From Desulfomicrobium sp. (GTDB taxonomy: Bacteria > Desulfobacterota > Desulfovibrionia > Desulfovibrionales > Desulfomicrobiaceae): a DNA stretch of 64,000 nucleotides. The DNA lies in assembly GCA_040768745.1 (NCBI GenBank), contig JAXGMI010000001.1:1120001-1184000 (forward strand), read 5' to 3'. The notes under the pieces are model-generated. The model saw nothing but the letters and a program-made list of their open reading frames with translations. It was not told the origin of the DNA and searched no databases. Made by a program: the position numbers and the translations under genes. Each line of letters starts with the position of its first letter. Within the stretch, counting starts at the first letter, position 1. Below are positions 5,919 through 15,760 of the stretch, one piece after another.

Positions 5919-8411
5919 TTAGGCCCACACGAAGTTGTCGGCGTCGGTCAGGCCGGTCACGCCGGTCAGCTCGATGGCCATATCAGAGCTGTCCAGAGTC
6001 TGACTGCCGTCGACGTCAACATACAGGATGCTGGTCGCGGAATCCAGCACAGCCATTCCAGCAGTGCCGTCCAGAGTGGTCAGCACCGCGCCGTAGCCGT
6101 TGGCGGTGCCGACATATTCGCCGCCAGGAGCAACAGCGCTGAGATCGAGCAGGTCGCCGTCCTTGCCGCCCTGGAAGTTGGTGATGACGTCCACCTTGGT
6201 GCCCTGGGACTGGGCCACAGCGGTGTAGATGTAGGTGTTCACGCCGGCGGCGCCGGTGACGGTCTCCAGGCCGGTGCCGAGGGCCAGGCCCAGGTCGTTG
6301 GTCATGGCCGAGGCGTCGATGGTGTTGGCCGTGGTCGTGGCGCTCAGGTCGAGATAGAGGCCCGTGGCGCCGGTGATGGTGGTGGCCTTCACGGCGTCGG
6401 CATTCAGGGCCAGGGCATAGCCGATGTAGCTGATGTCGATGCCGTCCGTGGTGCCGTCCGCGTCGGTCAAGTCAAAGTCCTTGCAGCGGTTGTCCATGGA
6501 CAGGTTGATGGTCTCCACGCCGTTGATGGTCAGGGTCCCGTAATCCTGGTCGACGTCGTCCCTAACCCCGTCATCACCGCCTTCGGAGTCGCCATTGATG
6601 ACCACGTTGAAGGTCTGGTCGCCGGTGGTGGTCTTCAGGTTCACGACCACGCTCTGACCCGCGCCTTCCTCCTGGTACTCGAGGGTGCCGCCGTCGGTCA
6701 CGTTCTTGATGGTCGTGGTGACATCGTATGAGTAACCGAGGATGACATAGTTGATGTTGTCCAGCAGGGCCATGTCAAAGGTATGGTCCACGTAGTTGTG
6801 GCACAGCTTGATGGCCTCGAAGTTCTGGAAATAGCCGGCGTATCCGGTGGGGATGGTCGCAGCGTCGGCCATTTCGCCGTACATGGCGATGGTGTCGAAC
6901 CCGTCGCCGCCGTCGATGAGGTCGAGCACGGTGCCTTCCTTGGCCAGGAGCGTGGTGCCCAGGTGGATGATGTCGTCGCCCGCGCCGAGGTCGATGTCGA
7001 AGAGGGCTTCAGCGTCGTTCACGTTGTCGGTATGGACCTCGTCGTTGCCGCCGGCGGTGTCGATGATCACATCGCCGTCGCCCTGGCCGGCCATGATCTT
7101 GTCGTTGCCGTCAAAGGTGGTCAGGGTTTTGGTCTTGTCGGTGTCGCCGAGGGCGATGTCATTGTTGCCCTGGGCGCCGGTGACGGTCAGGGGGCCTTCG
7201 CCGCCGCAGATCCCGCGCAGCCACAGGTTGGCGTTCAGGGCCGAGGCGTCCACGGTGGTCAGCTTGTAGGTGTCGTAGCTGTAGCTCGGGTTGAAGCGCA
7301 GGTCCGTGGTGCCGCTGATGTTCAGGGTGGTCATGGCCTCGGCGCCGTACAGCTGCAGGAAGTTGCCGCGGTCGTTGTTGCCGGTGGAGACGATGTTGTA
7401 GATCTCGACGACCTGGTCGCCGTTTTCGTTGTAGATGTCCAGGATGCCGTATTCGCCTTCGATTTCGTCACCGCCACCCAGGTCGTCGTTGTCCAGCAGA
7501 CGGCGGGGGATGGGCCCGACGCCGGCGTTGTCGACAATAACGGTCACTTCGTCGGCATTGCCGGTGAAGACGCTGTTGGAGACAATGAGGTCGAAGTACG
7601 CTTCATCGGTTTCATCGGTGCCCCAGTCCTTGAGGACGACTTCGGAGAAGGCTTCCTTGATGTCATTGACGTACACATCATAGTTGCCGCCTTCCACGCC
7701 GTAGCTCTTGACCCCGCTCCAGAGGGTGGCGGTCAGGTCCAGGTCACTGTCCGCGTAATTGCGGATCACCACGTTCTCGATGCTCTTCAGCTCGACGACG
7801 TTGGCTTCGGAGTAGTCGCTGCTGGCGGTCAGCAGGAAGGTGTCGTTGCCGTCCTTGCCGTCGATGTAGTCGCCGGTGTTGTAGGTGGAGGACAGGGGGC
7901 CGGAGGCCACGCCGCGGAAGGTGTCGGCGAAGGCCGTGCCGTCCAGGTCGTCCACTTCAGAGGTCAGCTCGAAGGTCAGGCCGGGGGTCTGGTTGTCGAT
8001 GAGGGTGCCGTCTTCCAGATAGACCGGTCCGCGGTTGGATTCGAAGCGGCCGTACAGCATGTAGTGCTGCAGGGCGTCCATGCCGGCTTCGGCCACGTCG
8101 GGGTTGTCAGCCAGATAGCGTTCCTTGTCGAAGGCGGTCAGGTCCACGTCATCCCAGGACTCGTTGGGTTTGCGGCCTTCGGCGGCGCCGTAGAGCAGGT
8201 AGTGGGTTAGGTAGTTCATGCCCGAGGCCACGACATCGGGGTTGTTGGCGGCATAGTAGGCGGTGTTGAACTCCGCGTTGGGGTTGCGTTCTTCCAGCCA
8301 GCCCCAGTTCTCCCAGTGCTGCAGGGCTGTCATCTGGCCAGCGGCGACCGCGATCCGAACGTCCTGATACTGAGCCAGATAGTAATCCGCATCAAAAAAC
8401 ATTGTACTCAT
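5919..8411 (-). CDS. T1SS-secreted S-layer-like / Ca-binding beta-roll surface protein (830 aa)
   Basis: No signal peptide; ATG 8411 with GAGG RBS. Three N-terminal 'FDxxYYLxxNPDV..HY..YG..E.R.P' repeats; very Asp/Thr/Gly-rich; RTX-like GxGxD motifs (LGAGDDII, DGGDGFDTI, TAGGNDEV); T1SS-type C-terminus 'DVITNF..DLLDLS..LYVDVDG..IELTGV..NF'. Confidence 0.8.
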   Translation of the reverse strand: MSTMFFDADYYLAQYQDVRIAVAAGQMTALQHWENWGWLEERNPNAEFNTAYYAANNPDVVASGMNYLTHYLLYGAAEGRKPNESWDDVDLTAFDKERYLADNPDVAEAGMDALQHYMLYGRFESNRGPVYLEDGTLIDNQTPGLTFELTSEVDDLDGTAFADTFRGVASGPLSSTYNTGDYIDGKDGNDTFLLTASSDYSEANVVELKSIENVVIRNYADSDLDLTATLWSGVKSYGVEGGNYDVYVNDIKEAFSEVVLKDWGTDETDEAYFDLIVSNSVFTGNADEVTVIVDNAGVGPIPRRLLDNDDLGGGDEIEGEYGILDIYNENGDQVVEIYNIVSTGNNDRGNFLQLYGAEAMTTLNISGTTDLRFNPSYSYDTYKLTTVDASALNANLWLRGICGGEGPLTVTGAQGNNDIALGDTDKTKTLTTFDGNDKIMAGQGDGDVIIDTAGGNDEVHTDNVNDAEALFDIDLGAGDDIIHLGTTLLAKEGTVLDLIDGGDGFDTIAMYGEMADAATIPTGYAGYFQNFEAIKLCHNYVDHTFDMALLDNINYVILGYSYDVTTTIKNVTDGGTLEYQEEGAGQSVVVNLKTTTGDQTFNVVINGDSEGGDDGVRDDVDQDYGTLTINGVETINLSMDNRCKDFDLTDADGTTDGIDISYIGYALALNADAVKATTITGATGLYLDLSATTTANTIDASAMTNDLGLALGTGLETVTGAAGVNTYIYTAVAQSQGTKVDVITNFQGGKDGDLLDLSAVAPGGEYVGTANGYGAVLTTLDGTAGMAVLDSATSILYVDVDGSQTLDSSDMAIELTGVTGLTDADNFVWA

Positions 8412-8659
8412 AACACAACCTCGCAAAAGTAAGTGGTTTTTTAAAAACGTTGAAAAACCGATTGAAAAATTTGCTAGCCCAATGAATTTGCTAAGTCAAC
8501 ATGCCGGTATGTTGCAGCCTCCTTCTCCCCGGACATCTGATTACGGGCTTGTTGGGGCCGCATCGAACCGACTTGGGGAAAGCGTGGCCGATGTCGTGGC
8601 GCCCTGGAGGCACTCCCTCTTTTTGCCTCTGAAAGCCCCAATGATAAAAAACACATCTA

Positions 8660-8688
8660 TTTATACGAGTATGGCAAGGATTTGGCAA
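8660..8688 (-). promoter_or_regulatory. Candidate sigma70 promoter for S-layer-like gene
   Basis: Minus strand TTGCCA-N17-TATAAA, with AT-rich sequence upstream. Confidence 0.5.
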
Positions 8689-9148
8689 GTATTTAGGTCC
8701 GTCAACTTGGGTTGTGCTGATTTTGCAACAATTTGTTTTTCAAGTATTTTTTCAAAATGTGCATTTTGTGCGAAATTTTGGCCCCGGATCCGGACAATCG
8801 CAGAGGGTGTCAAAAACACCTGCCAGCCTCGCATGGCGCTGCCTCTCAAGCAAATATCCTGCCAGATGCGCTCCGACTGTCCGTCCCCGTCCCGCCCCCT
8901 GCCCGGCGAGGGGGCGGGACGGCGTCTCTTGTCAAATCCGCGTCCAGGCAGTACAGCACGTGACCGCCATGGATGTGCATCGCCCGCGGGCCGCCTCCTC
9001 GACAAAACCTGTCCATGCATCCCTCTTTTTTGTCCTTCCCACGGGGAACCTCTGGCGGCCACGCGACGTTTCATGGCCTGAGGGCGGCACGCTGCAATTT
9101 TTTCACGGCATTCCCCGAATGCCTTCCGCACAACGGAGACCGTTTTTC

Positions 9149-9967
9149 ATGCGCACCTTTTCCACCGCACCCCAGGAGATGGCGCTCTGCCTCTGGCGTC
9201 ACCGGGACCTGTTCACCAGCCTCGTGCACCGCGAGGTCGTGGGCCGCTACCGCGGATCGTTCATGGGCATCCTGTGGTCCTTTTTCAACCCGCTGTTCAT
9301 GCTCAGCGTGTACACCTTCGTGTTCAGCGTCGTGTTCAAGGCCCGCTGGGGCACGGGGAGCGAGTCCAGGATGGAGTTCGCCCTGATCCTTTTCGCCGGC
9401 CTCATCGTGTTCAACCTTTTTGCCGAATGCGTGAACAGGGCCCCGAACCTGATCCTCTCCAACGTCAATTTCGTCAAACGGGTCGTCTTCCCCCTGGAGA
9501 TCCTGCCCTGGGTCAGCCTGGGCGCGACCATGTTCCACGCCCTGGTCAGCCTCGGCGTGTGGCTGATCGCCTACGCCGTCCTGTTCGGCGTGCCTCAGCC
9601 GACGGTCCTGTTCCTGCCCCTGATCCTTCTGCCCCTGATCCTGTTCATCATGGGCGCGAGCTGGGCCCTGGCCTCCCTGGGGGTGTACCTGCGGGACGTC
9701 TCGCAGGTCATCGGCATCGTCACCACGGTGCTCCTGTTCCTGTCCCCCATCTTCTACTCCGCCAGCGCCCTGCCCGAAAAGTACCAGCGCTGGCTCCTGC
9801 TCAACCCCCTGAACCCCATCATCGAGCAGACCCGCAACGCCCTGCTGTGGGGCAAGGCCCCGGACCCGCTGGTCCTGGCCCTGTCCTTTGCCGGGGGGCT
9901 GGCCGTGGCCTGGCTGGGCTTCGCGTGGTTCCAGAAAACGCGCAAGGGATTCGCCGATGTCCTCTGA
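9149..9967 (+). CDS. wzm: O-antigen/polysaccharide ABC transporter permease
   Basis: 'REVVGRYRGSFMGILWSFFNPL', 'VKRVVFPLEILP', 'LRDV', 'PIFY', 'LNP'. Confidence 0.93.
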   Translation: MRTFSTAPQEMALCLWRHRDLFTSLVHREVVGRYRGSFMGILWSFFNPLFMLSVYTFVFSVVFKARWGTGSESRMEFALILFAGLIVFNLFAECVNRAPNLILSNVNFVKRVVFPLEILPWVSLGATMFHALVSLGVWLIAYAVLFGVPQPTVLFLPLILLPLILFIMGASWALASLGVYLRDVSQVIGIVTTVLLFLSPIFYSASALPEKYQRWLLLNPLNPIIEQTRNALLWGKAPDPLVLALSFAGGLAVAWLGFAWFQKTRKGFADVL

Positions 9968-11282
9968 TCCCGCGATCCATGTGCAGGGGCTGAGCAAGTG
10001 CTACCACATCTATGACCGGCCCCGGGACCGCCTGCTGCAGATGCTGTGCAGGGGGCGCAGGCAGTTCTACAGGGAATTCTGGGCCCTGAGCGGCGTGTCC
10101 TTCGACGTGTTCCCGGGCGAAACCGTGGGCATCATCGGCCGTAACGGCAGCGGCAAGTCCACCCTGCTGCAGATGATCTGCAGCACCCTGAACCCCACGG
10201 ACGGGGTCATCGAAACGCGCGGGCGCGTGGCGGCCCTGCTGGAGCTCGGGTCCGGCTTCAACCCCGAGTTCACGGGCCGGGAGAACGTGTACATGAACGC
10301 GGCCCTGCTGGGGCTGACCAGGGAGGAGACCAACGCCAGACTCCCGGAGATCATGGCCTTCGCGGACATCGGGGAGTTCATCGACCAGCCCGTGAAGACC
10401 TACTCCAGCGGCATGATGGTCCGCCTGGCCTTCTCCGTCATCGCCCATGTGGACGCGGACATCCTGGTGGTGGACGAGGCCCTGGCCGTGGGCGACGCGT
10501 TCTTCACCCAGAAGTGCATGCGCTACCTGCGGTCCTTCATGAAGACCGGGACCACGCTGTTCGTCAGCCACGACACGGCGGCGGTCAGGAGCCTGTGCAC
10601 CAGGGCCGTCTGGCTGGAAAAGGGGCGGGTGTTGCAGATGGGCTCGCCCAAGGAGGTCTGCGAGAACTACCTGGAGGCCTTCTTCGAGGCCCAGCAGGGC
10701 AAGGGCACCACGACGCGCCTGAAGCAAGCCCCCGCGCCGGAGGAGGAGCAGGGCCGGGACCAGCGCCAGGAGTTCCTGAACCAGACCAACCTGCGCAACG
10801 ACATCCGGCTGATCGAGTTCGACCCCGACGCCCCCTCCTTCGGGAAAGGCGGGGCGCACATCACCGCGGTCAGGTTCCTGGACGCCCAGGGGCAGCCCCT
10901 GTCCTGGATCGTGGGCGGGGAGGACGTGACCCTGCGGGTGGAGGCCCTGGCCCGGGAGGACCTCGATGCGCCCATCATCGGTTTCCTGGTCAAGGACAGG
11001 CTCGGGCAGTGCCTGTTCGGGGACAACACGTACCTGAGCTACATGGACGCGCCGGTGCCCTCCCCGGCCGGCCGGTTCGTCACGGCCGAGTTCTCCTTCC
11101 AGATGCCCAGGCTGGCCGCCGGGGACTATGCCATCACCGTGGCCATTGCCAACGGGACCCAGTTCGAGCATGTGCAGCACCACTGGATGCATGACGCCAT
11201 CGTCTTCAGGTCCGAATCCACCAGCGTGGCCAGCGGCCTCATCGGCATCCCCATGCGTTCGATCAACCTCTACCTCAAATAG
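9957..11282 (+). CDS. wzt: Polysaccharide ABC transporter ATPase with C-terminal carbohydrate-binding (Wzt_C) domain
   Basis: Walker A GRNGSGKST, YSSGM signature, DEALAVGD. Approximately 170-aa C-terminal Ig-like extension ('LFGDNT', 'LAAGDYAITVAIA'). Confidence 0.93.
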   Translation: MSSDPAIHVQGLSKCYHIYDRPRDRLLQMLCRGRRQFYREFWALSGVSFDVFPGETVGIIGRNGSGKSTLLQMICSTLNPTDGVIETRGRVAALLELGSGFNPEFTGRENVYMNAALLGLTREETNARLPEIMAFADIGEFIDQPVKTYSSGMMVRLAFSVIAHVDADILVVDEALAVGDAFFTQKCMRYLRSFMKTGTTLFVSHDTAAVRSLCTRAVWLEKGRVLQMGSPKEVCENYLEAFFEAQQGKGTTTRLKQAPAPEEEQGRDQRQEFLNQTNLRNDIRLIEFDPDAPSFGKGGAHITAVRFLDAQGQPLSWIVGGEDVTLRVEALAREDLDAPIIGFLVKDRLGQCLFGDNTYLSYMDAPVPSPAGRFVTAEFSFQMPRLAAGDYAITVAIANGTQFEHVQHHWMHDAIVFRSESTSVASGLIGIPMRSINLYLK

Positions 11283-11287
11283 GTATC

Positions 11288-14200
11288 ATGCACGAATTAC
11301 GAGACAGCCTGCTGGACATGGTCGGCTTCCTCCCCTCGTCGACCAGTTTCCCCTGCGCCTGGGCAGGGCACCTGCCGTTCGCGGCCTGGGCCATGCGCAG
11401 GCTGGCCCCCCAAGTTTTCGTGGAGCTCGGAACCCATTCCGGGAACTCCTATTTCGCCTTCTGTCAGGCCGTCCTGCAGGGCGGCCTGGCCACCCGCTGC
11501 CATGCCGTGGACACCTGGCAGGGGGACGAGCACGCCGGCAGCTACGCGGGCGAGGTCTATGCGCAGGTCCTGGCCCACAACCAGGACCTGTACGGGGCCT
11601 TCTCGCGCCTGCACCGCACCACCTTCGACGAGGCGGTCCGGGATTTCCCCGCCAATTCCATTGACCTGCTGCACATCGACGGGCTGCACACCTACGAGGC
11701 CGTCGGCCACGACTACCAGACATGGCTGCCCAAGCTCGCGCCGGGCGCTGTGGTGCTGTTCCACGACACCACCGTGCGCGAGCGGGAATTCGGGGTCTGG
11801 AAGCTCTGGGAGGAACTGCGCGCGGTCCATCCCCACCACCTGGAATTCTCCCATTCCCACGGGCTGGGCGTGCTGCAGGTCGGCCTGGGCCCGGCCGGAC
11901 CCATTGCCTGGCTCGTCCCCGGTTCCCCGGAGCAGCGGCTGGTCCGCGCATTTTTCGAAGACCTGGGGCAGCTGCACCTGGACCGCTGCGAACTGGGCTG
12001 CCGGACGGCGGACCTGCGCCAGGCCCAGGCGCGCGTGACGGACCTGGCCACGCGCCTGGCCCAGGGCCAGGAATGGATCACCCACCTGGAGCAGGTCATC
12101 GTTGCCCGCGATGCGCGGATCGAGGAAATTTACGCCTCCAGGTCCTGGAGATGGACCAGGCCCCTGCGGGAGGCCAGCGAACTGGCCCGCACCGTGCGCG
12201 GGGCCCTGCGCGGCGACGGGGCCGCCCCCGCAGGAGGACACGCCGGGCTGGCCGCGGGCATGGTCCGCGCGGTCCGCGCCCTGCAGGCGGTCCCCCAGCA
12301 CCTGCCCGGCCCGATCCGCTTTCTGCCCATCCGCATCGTCAAGGTCGGCAGGCTGGTCCTGGCCCTGCCCCGCATCCTGCGCAAGGGGGGCGGGTTCGGC
12401 CCCACCGTGCAGAAGGCCGTGAAAATCCTGCGCACCGAAGGTCTGGTGGGCATCAAGGCCCGCCTGCGCAAGGTCATCGCCCAGCCCGCGGTCCCGCTCA
12501 TCACCCCGGAACTGTGCGCGGATTGCGAAGCCAGACTGGGCATCGTCCCCCACTATATCGACCCGGACGCCGAGCGCTCGCCCGTCGCCCCGGACCCAAC
12601 CCCGTCCGTGGCCGTGCACGTGCACCTGTACTACACGGACATGCTCGGCGAGTTCACCTCCCGCCTGGCCGCCATGCCCTGCGCCTTCGATCTGTTCGTG
12701 TCCGTGCCGCAGCACGCCGACTGCGCCGGGCTGGGCACGGCCCTGCGCGAGGCCCTGCCCCGGGCCGGGCAGGTCGTCGTGGAGCCCGTGCCCAATCGCG
12801 GCCGGGATATTGCCCCGCTCATCGTCCAGTTCGGGGGGAGGATGGCCGGATACGACCTCATGGCCCACTTCCACTCCAAAAAAAGCCCCCACTGCGAAGG
12901 CCTGTCGGACTGGTGCGCCAGCCTCCTGGACGCGCTGCTGGGCCCCCCGGGCAACAACGGCGGGCGCATGGCCAGCATCATCGCCCTGCTCCAGGACCGG
13001 GCCAAGGTCGTCTATCCCGAGGGACAGACCCAGATCCTGAAGGACCGCACGGGCTGGGCCGCCAACAGGCATCTGGCCAAGGATCTGCTGGAAAAACACA
13101 CGGCCCTTTCCATCGACGACTTCCCGGCCGTCTCCTTTTCCGAGGGCAGCATGTTCTGGGCGCGTGCGCACTGCCTGCGGGACATGCTCCACCTCCCCCT
13201 GTCCTGGAACGATTTCCCGGCGGAGCCCATTCCCGCGGACGGCACCCTGGCCCATGCCCTGGAGCGCCTTCTGCTCATCTTCGCCAGCGCCTCGGAAGGG
13301 CAATGCCTGCGGCTGCACCAGGGGGATTCGATCCCGGACTACCGGCACTACGAGGAGCAGTGCGACTATTCGGCCGGCATCACGCACGGCGACGTCAGGA
13401 TCCTGTCCTACTACCTGCCCCAGTTCCATCCCATCCCGGAAAACGACGCCTGGCACGGCGAGGGTTTCACCGAATGGACCAAGGTCCGCGCGGCCAATCC
13501 CCTCTTCATCGGCCACTACCAGCAGCACATCCCCCATCCGGACATCGGGTACTACCTGCTCGAGACGGCCGACACCCTGCGCATGCAGGCCTCGCTCATG
13601 CGCAAGGCGGGCATCCACGGCCAGATTTTTTACCACTACTGGTTCTCGGGCCAGCTCATCCTCGAAAATCCGGCCCAGATGCTGCTGGAGGCCCAGGACA
13701 TCGACATGCCCTTCTGCTTCTGCTGGGCCAACGAGAACTGGACCCGCCGCTGGGACGGGAACGAGCAGGACATCCTGCTGCAGCAGGACTATTCAGCCGA
13801 AGACGCCCGCGCCTTCATCCGCTACCTGCTGCCCTTCTTCAGGGACCCCCGCCATATCCGCATCGACGACCGCCCCGTGCTGTTCGTCTACCGCCCGGTC
13901 TCCATGCCGGACCCCGGGCTGTACATCTCCATCTGGGCCGAGGAGTGCCGGTCCGCCGGGTTGAATCCGCCCTACGTGGTGGCGGTGCTGACCAGGGGGG
14001 CCACGGACCCCCGGGATTTCGGCATGGACGCCGGGGCGGAGCGGCCCCTGCACGACTGGACCGGAAACGCGGTGGGCGACATGAAGCACGAGCTGCGGCC
14101 CTATGGGACCCTGAAGGGGAGCGTTCTCCCCTATCCCGCGGTGGCGGACTTCTACAGGGCCCAGACCGGGGCAAAGGACTTCACCTGGTTCCGGTCCGTG

Positions 14201-15760
14201 GTGCCCATGTGGGACAACACCGCCCGCTACGGGGCGGAGGCCATTCTGCTGCACGGCAGCACGCCGCAGAAATTCCAGGACTGGACCGAGAGCGCCATCG
14301 CCCATGCCCGGGAACACCTCCCCGAGGACCGGCGCTTCATGGTCATCAACGCCTGGAACGAATGGGCCGAAGGAGCCCATCTGGAACCGGACTCCAGGCA
14401 CGGATACGCGTACCTGAACGCCATCGGCCGGGCCCTTTCCGGGATCCCCTACGCCGCGGCCCTGAACCCGGAGCCCGGCATCCCCGGGAACCTGCGCATC
14501 CGGCTGTCCCTGCCCGAACCTGTGCTTTCCCCCCTGCGCGCCGACCAGGAACTCCGCCGGCGCTTCGTGCACTGCCTGGCCCAGTCCACCCTGTTCGCCC
14601 GGTGCGCCGTGAGCGTGGACGCCCCGGAACTGGTGGACGAATTCCGGGCCAGGGTCCCCCTGGTCCAGGAGGACCGCGAGCCGGACTTCATCTTCCAGTG
14701 CCGCAGGCCCGCGTTCTTTGCCCCCGCCGTGCTGGAAAAGATGCTCAAGACGGCCCTGGACGCGCCCGGCTCCGTGGTCATTTCCAATGCCTACGACCGC
14801 TTCGCCCCGCTGATCCAGGCCACGGGCAACGGTTCCGTGGAGTCCTGGGTGGCCTTCGACGCCCCGGTCATCCTCTTTCCGGTGAAGACGCCCCACGGCT
14901 ACAGGAACTACAGGGTCCGCCCCGACGCCTGCAGCTTCGGGACCCAGCCGTGCGTGCTGGCCAGGGGGAAATTGCCGCAGGTGACCACCATCATCCGCTA
15001 CCACGAAGGGGCGAGCATGGATCGCCTGGCCAGCGCCCTGTACTGCCTGGCGGCCATGGAGGGCTGCGCGGTCACCCCCCTGGTCGCGGCCCAGGACCTG
15101 TCCGCGGAAAGGACCGAGGCATTGGAGCGGACCCTGCGGGACGTGCCCTGGGCGTCGGGGGCCAACCCGCGCGTCATCCACTACAGGTCCCCGCATGGCG
15201 CTGGCGACCTGCGCTCCCGCATGCTCACCGAGTCCCTGCGCCAGGTGGAAACGCGCTACGCGGGGTTTCTGGACTATGACGACCTGCTCATGTCCCATGC
15301 CTATGGGTGGCTGCTGGACAGGCTGCAGCGAACGGGGAAGGCCGTGTCCTTCGGCCGGGTGTACTCCACGGCCCTGGACGACCGCACCGGGATGTTCCAG
15401 GGCCGGACCAACGAATTCGTCCACGGCCGGACCCACGAGGAATTCCTGTGCGTGAACCATGCCCCCCTGCACAGCTTCCTGCTGGACCTGAGCCAGCTGG
15501 ATGTGCAGGCCCTGGTCTTCCATGACGACCAGCGGTACCTGGAGGACTACTATCTGACCCTGCAGCTTTTCACGGCGGAGAACACCGACTGGGCCAGCCT
15601 GGCCGAGGAGATGTTCATCGGCGACTACATCCACGGCACCAGCCGGTCCAACACGCTGGCCATGCTGGACGAGGACGAGCGCCTGTCCATCCGGGCCACG
15701 CCGGAGTACGTCAGGTGCGAAGAGCGGGTGGAGGCGTTGCGCAGGTCCCGTTCCCGCTGA
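11288..15760 (+). CDS. Multidomain glycan synthase: methyltransferase + coiled coil + RgpF-like + WbsX/GH99-like + GT2-like
   Basis: 'VELGTHSG..AVDTW..LLHIDGLHTYE..FHD'; heptads ending 'SRSWRWTRPLR'; 'HLYY..NRGRDIAP..HSKKS..GSMFWAR..HALER'; 'YYLPQFH..FTEW..CWANENW..NAWNEWAEG'; 'FLDYDD'. Confidence 0.88.
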   Translation: MHELRDSLLDMVGFLPSSTSFPCAWAGHLPFAAWAMRRLAPQVFVELGTHSGNSYFAFCQAVLQGGLATRCHAVDTWQGDEHAGSYAGEVYAQVLAHNQDLYGAFSRLHRTTFDEAVRDFPANSIDLLHIDGLHTYEAVGHDYQTWLPKLAPGAVVLFHDTTVREREFGVWKLWEELRAVHPHHLEFSHSHGLGVLQVGLGPAGPIAWLVPGSPEQRLVRAFFEDLGQLHLDRCELGCRTADLRQAQARVTDLATRLAQGQEWITHLEQVIVARDARIEEIYASRSWRWTRPLREASELARTVRGALRGDGAAPAGGHAGLAAGMVRAVRALQAVPQHLPGPIRFLPIRIVKVGRLVLALPRILRKGGGFGPTVQKAVKILRTEGLVGIKARLRKVIAQPAVPLITPELCADCEARLGIVPHYIDPDAERSPVAPDPTPSVAVHVHLYYTDMLGEFTSRLAAMPCAFDLFVSVPQHADCAGLGTALREALPRAGQVVVEPVPNRGRDIAPLIVQFGGRMAGYDLMAHFHSKKSPHCEGLSDWCASLLDALLGPPGNNGGRMASIIALLQDRAKVVYPEGQTQILKDRTGWAANRHLAKDLLEKHTALSIDDFPAVSFSEGSMFWARAHCLRDMLHLPLSWNDFPAEPIPADGTLAHALERLLLIFASASEGQCLRLHQGDSIPDYRHYEEQCDYSAGITHGDVRILSYYLPQFHPIPENDAWHGEGFTEWTKVRAANPLFIGHYQQHIPHPDIGYYLLETADTLRMQASLMRKAGIHGQIFYHYWFSGQLILENPAQMLLEAQDIDMPFCFCWANENWTRRWDGNEQDILLQQDYSAEDARAFIRYLLPFFRDPRHIRIDDRPVLFVYRPVSMPDPGLYISIWAEECRSAGLNPPYVVAVLTRGATDPRDFGMDAGAERPLHDWTGNAVGDMKHELRPYGTLKGSVLPYPAVADFYRAQTGAKDFTWFRSVVPMWDNTARYGAEAILLHGSTPQKFQDWTESAIAHAREHLPEDRRFMVINAWNEWAEGAHLEPDSRHGYAYLNAIGRALSGIPYAAALNPEPGIPGNLRIRLSLPEPVLSPLRADQELRRRFVHCLAQSTLFARCAVSVDAPELVDEFRARVPLVQEDREPDFIFQCRRPAFFAPAVLEKMLKTALDAPGSVVISNAYDRFAPLIQATGNGSVESWVAFDAPVILFPVKTPHGYRNYRVRPDACSFGTQPCVLARGKLPQVTTIIRYHEGASMDRLASALYCLAAMEGCAVTPLVAAQDLSAERTEALERTLRDVPWASGANPRVIHYRSPHGAGDLRSRMLTESLRQVETRYAGFLDYDDLLMSHAYGWLLDRLQRTGKAVSFGRVYSTALDDRTGMFQGRTNEFVHGRTHEEFLCVNHAPLHSFLLDLSQLDVQALVFHDDQRYLEDYYLTLQLFTAENTDWASLAEEMFIGDYIHGTSRSNTLAMLDEDERLSIRATPEYVRCEERVEALRRSRSR

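Noticed and set aside
8412..8660. c-di-GMP or other riboswitch in the S-layer leader
   Set aside because: Hairpins are present but I could not match the conserved core of any known riboswitch class by eye.
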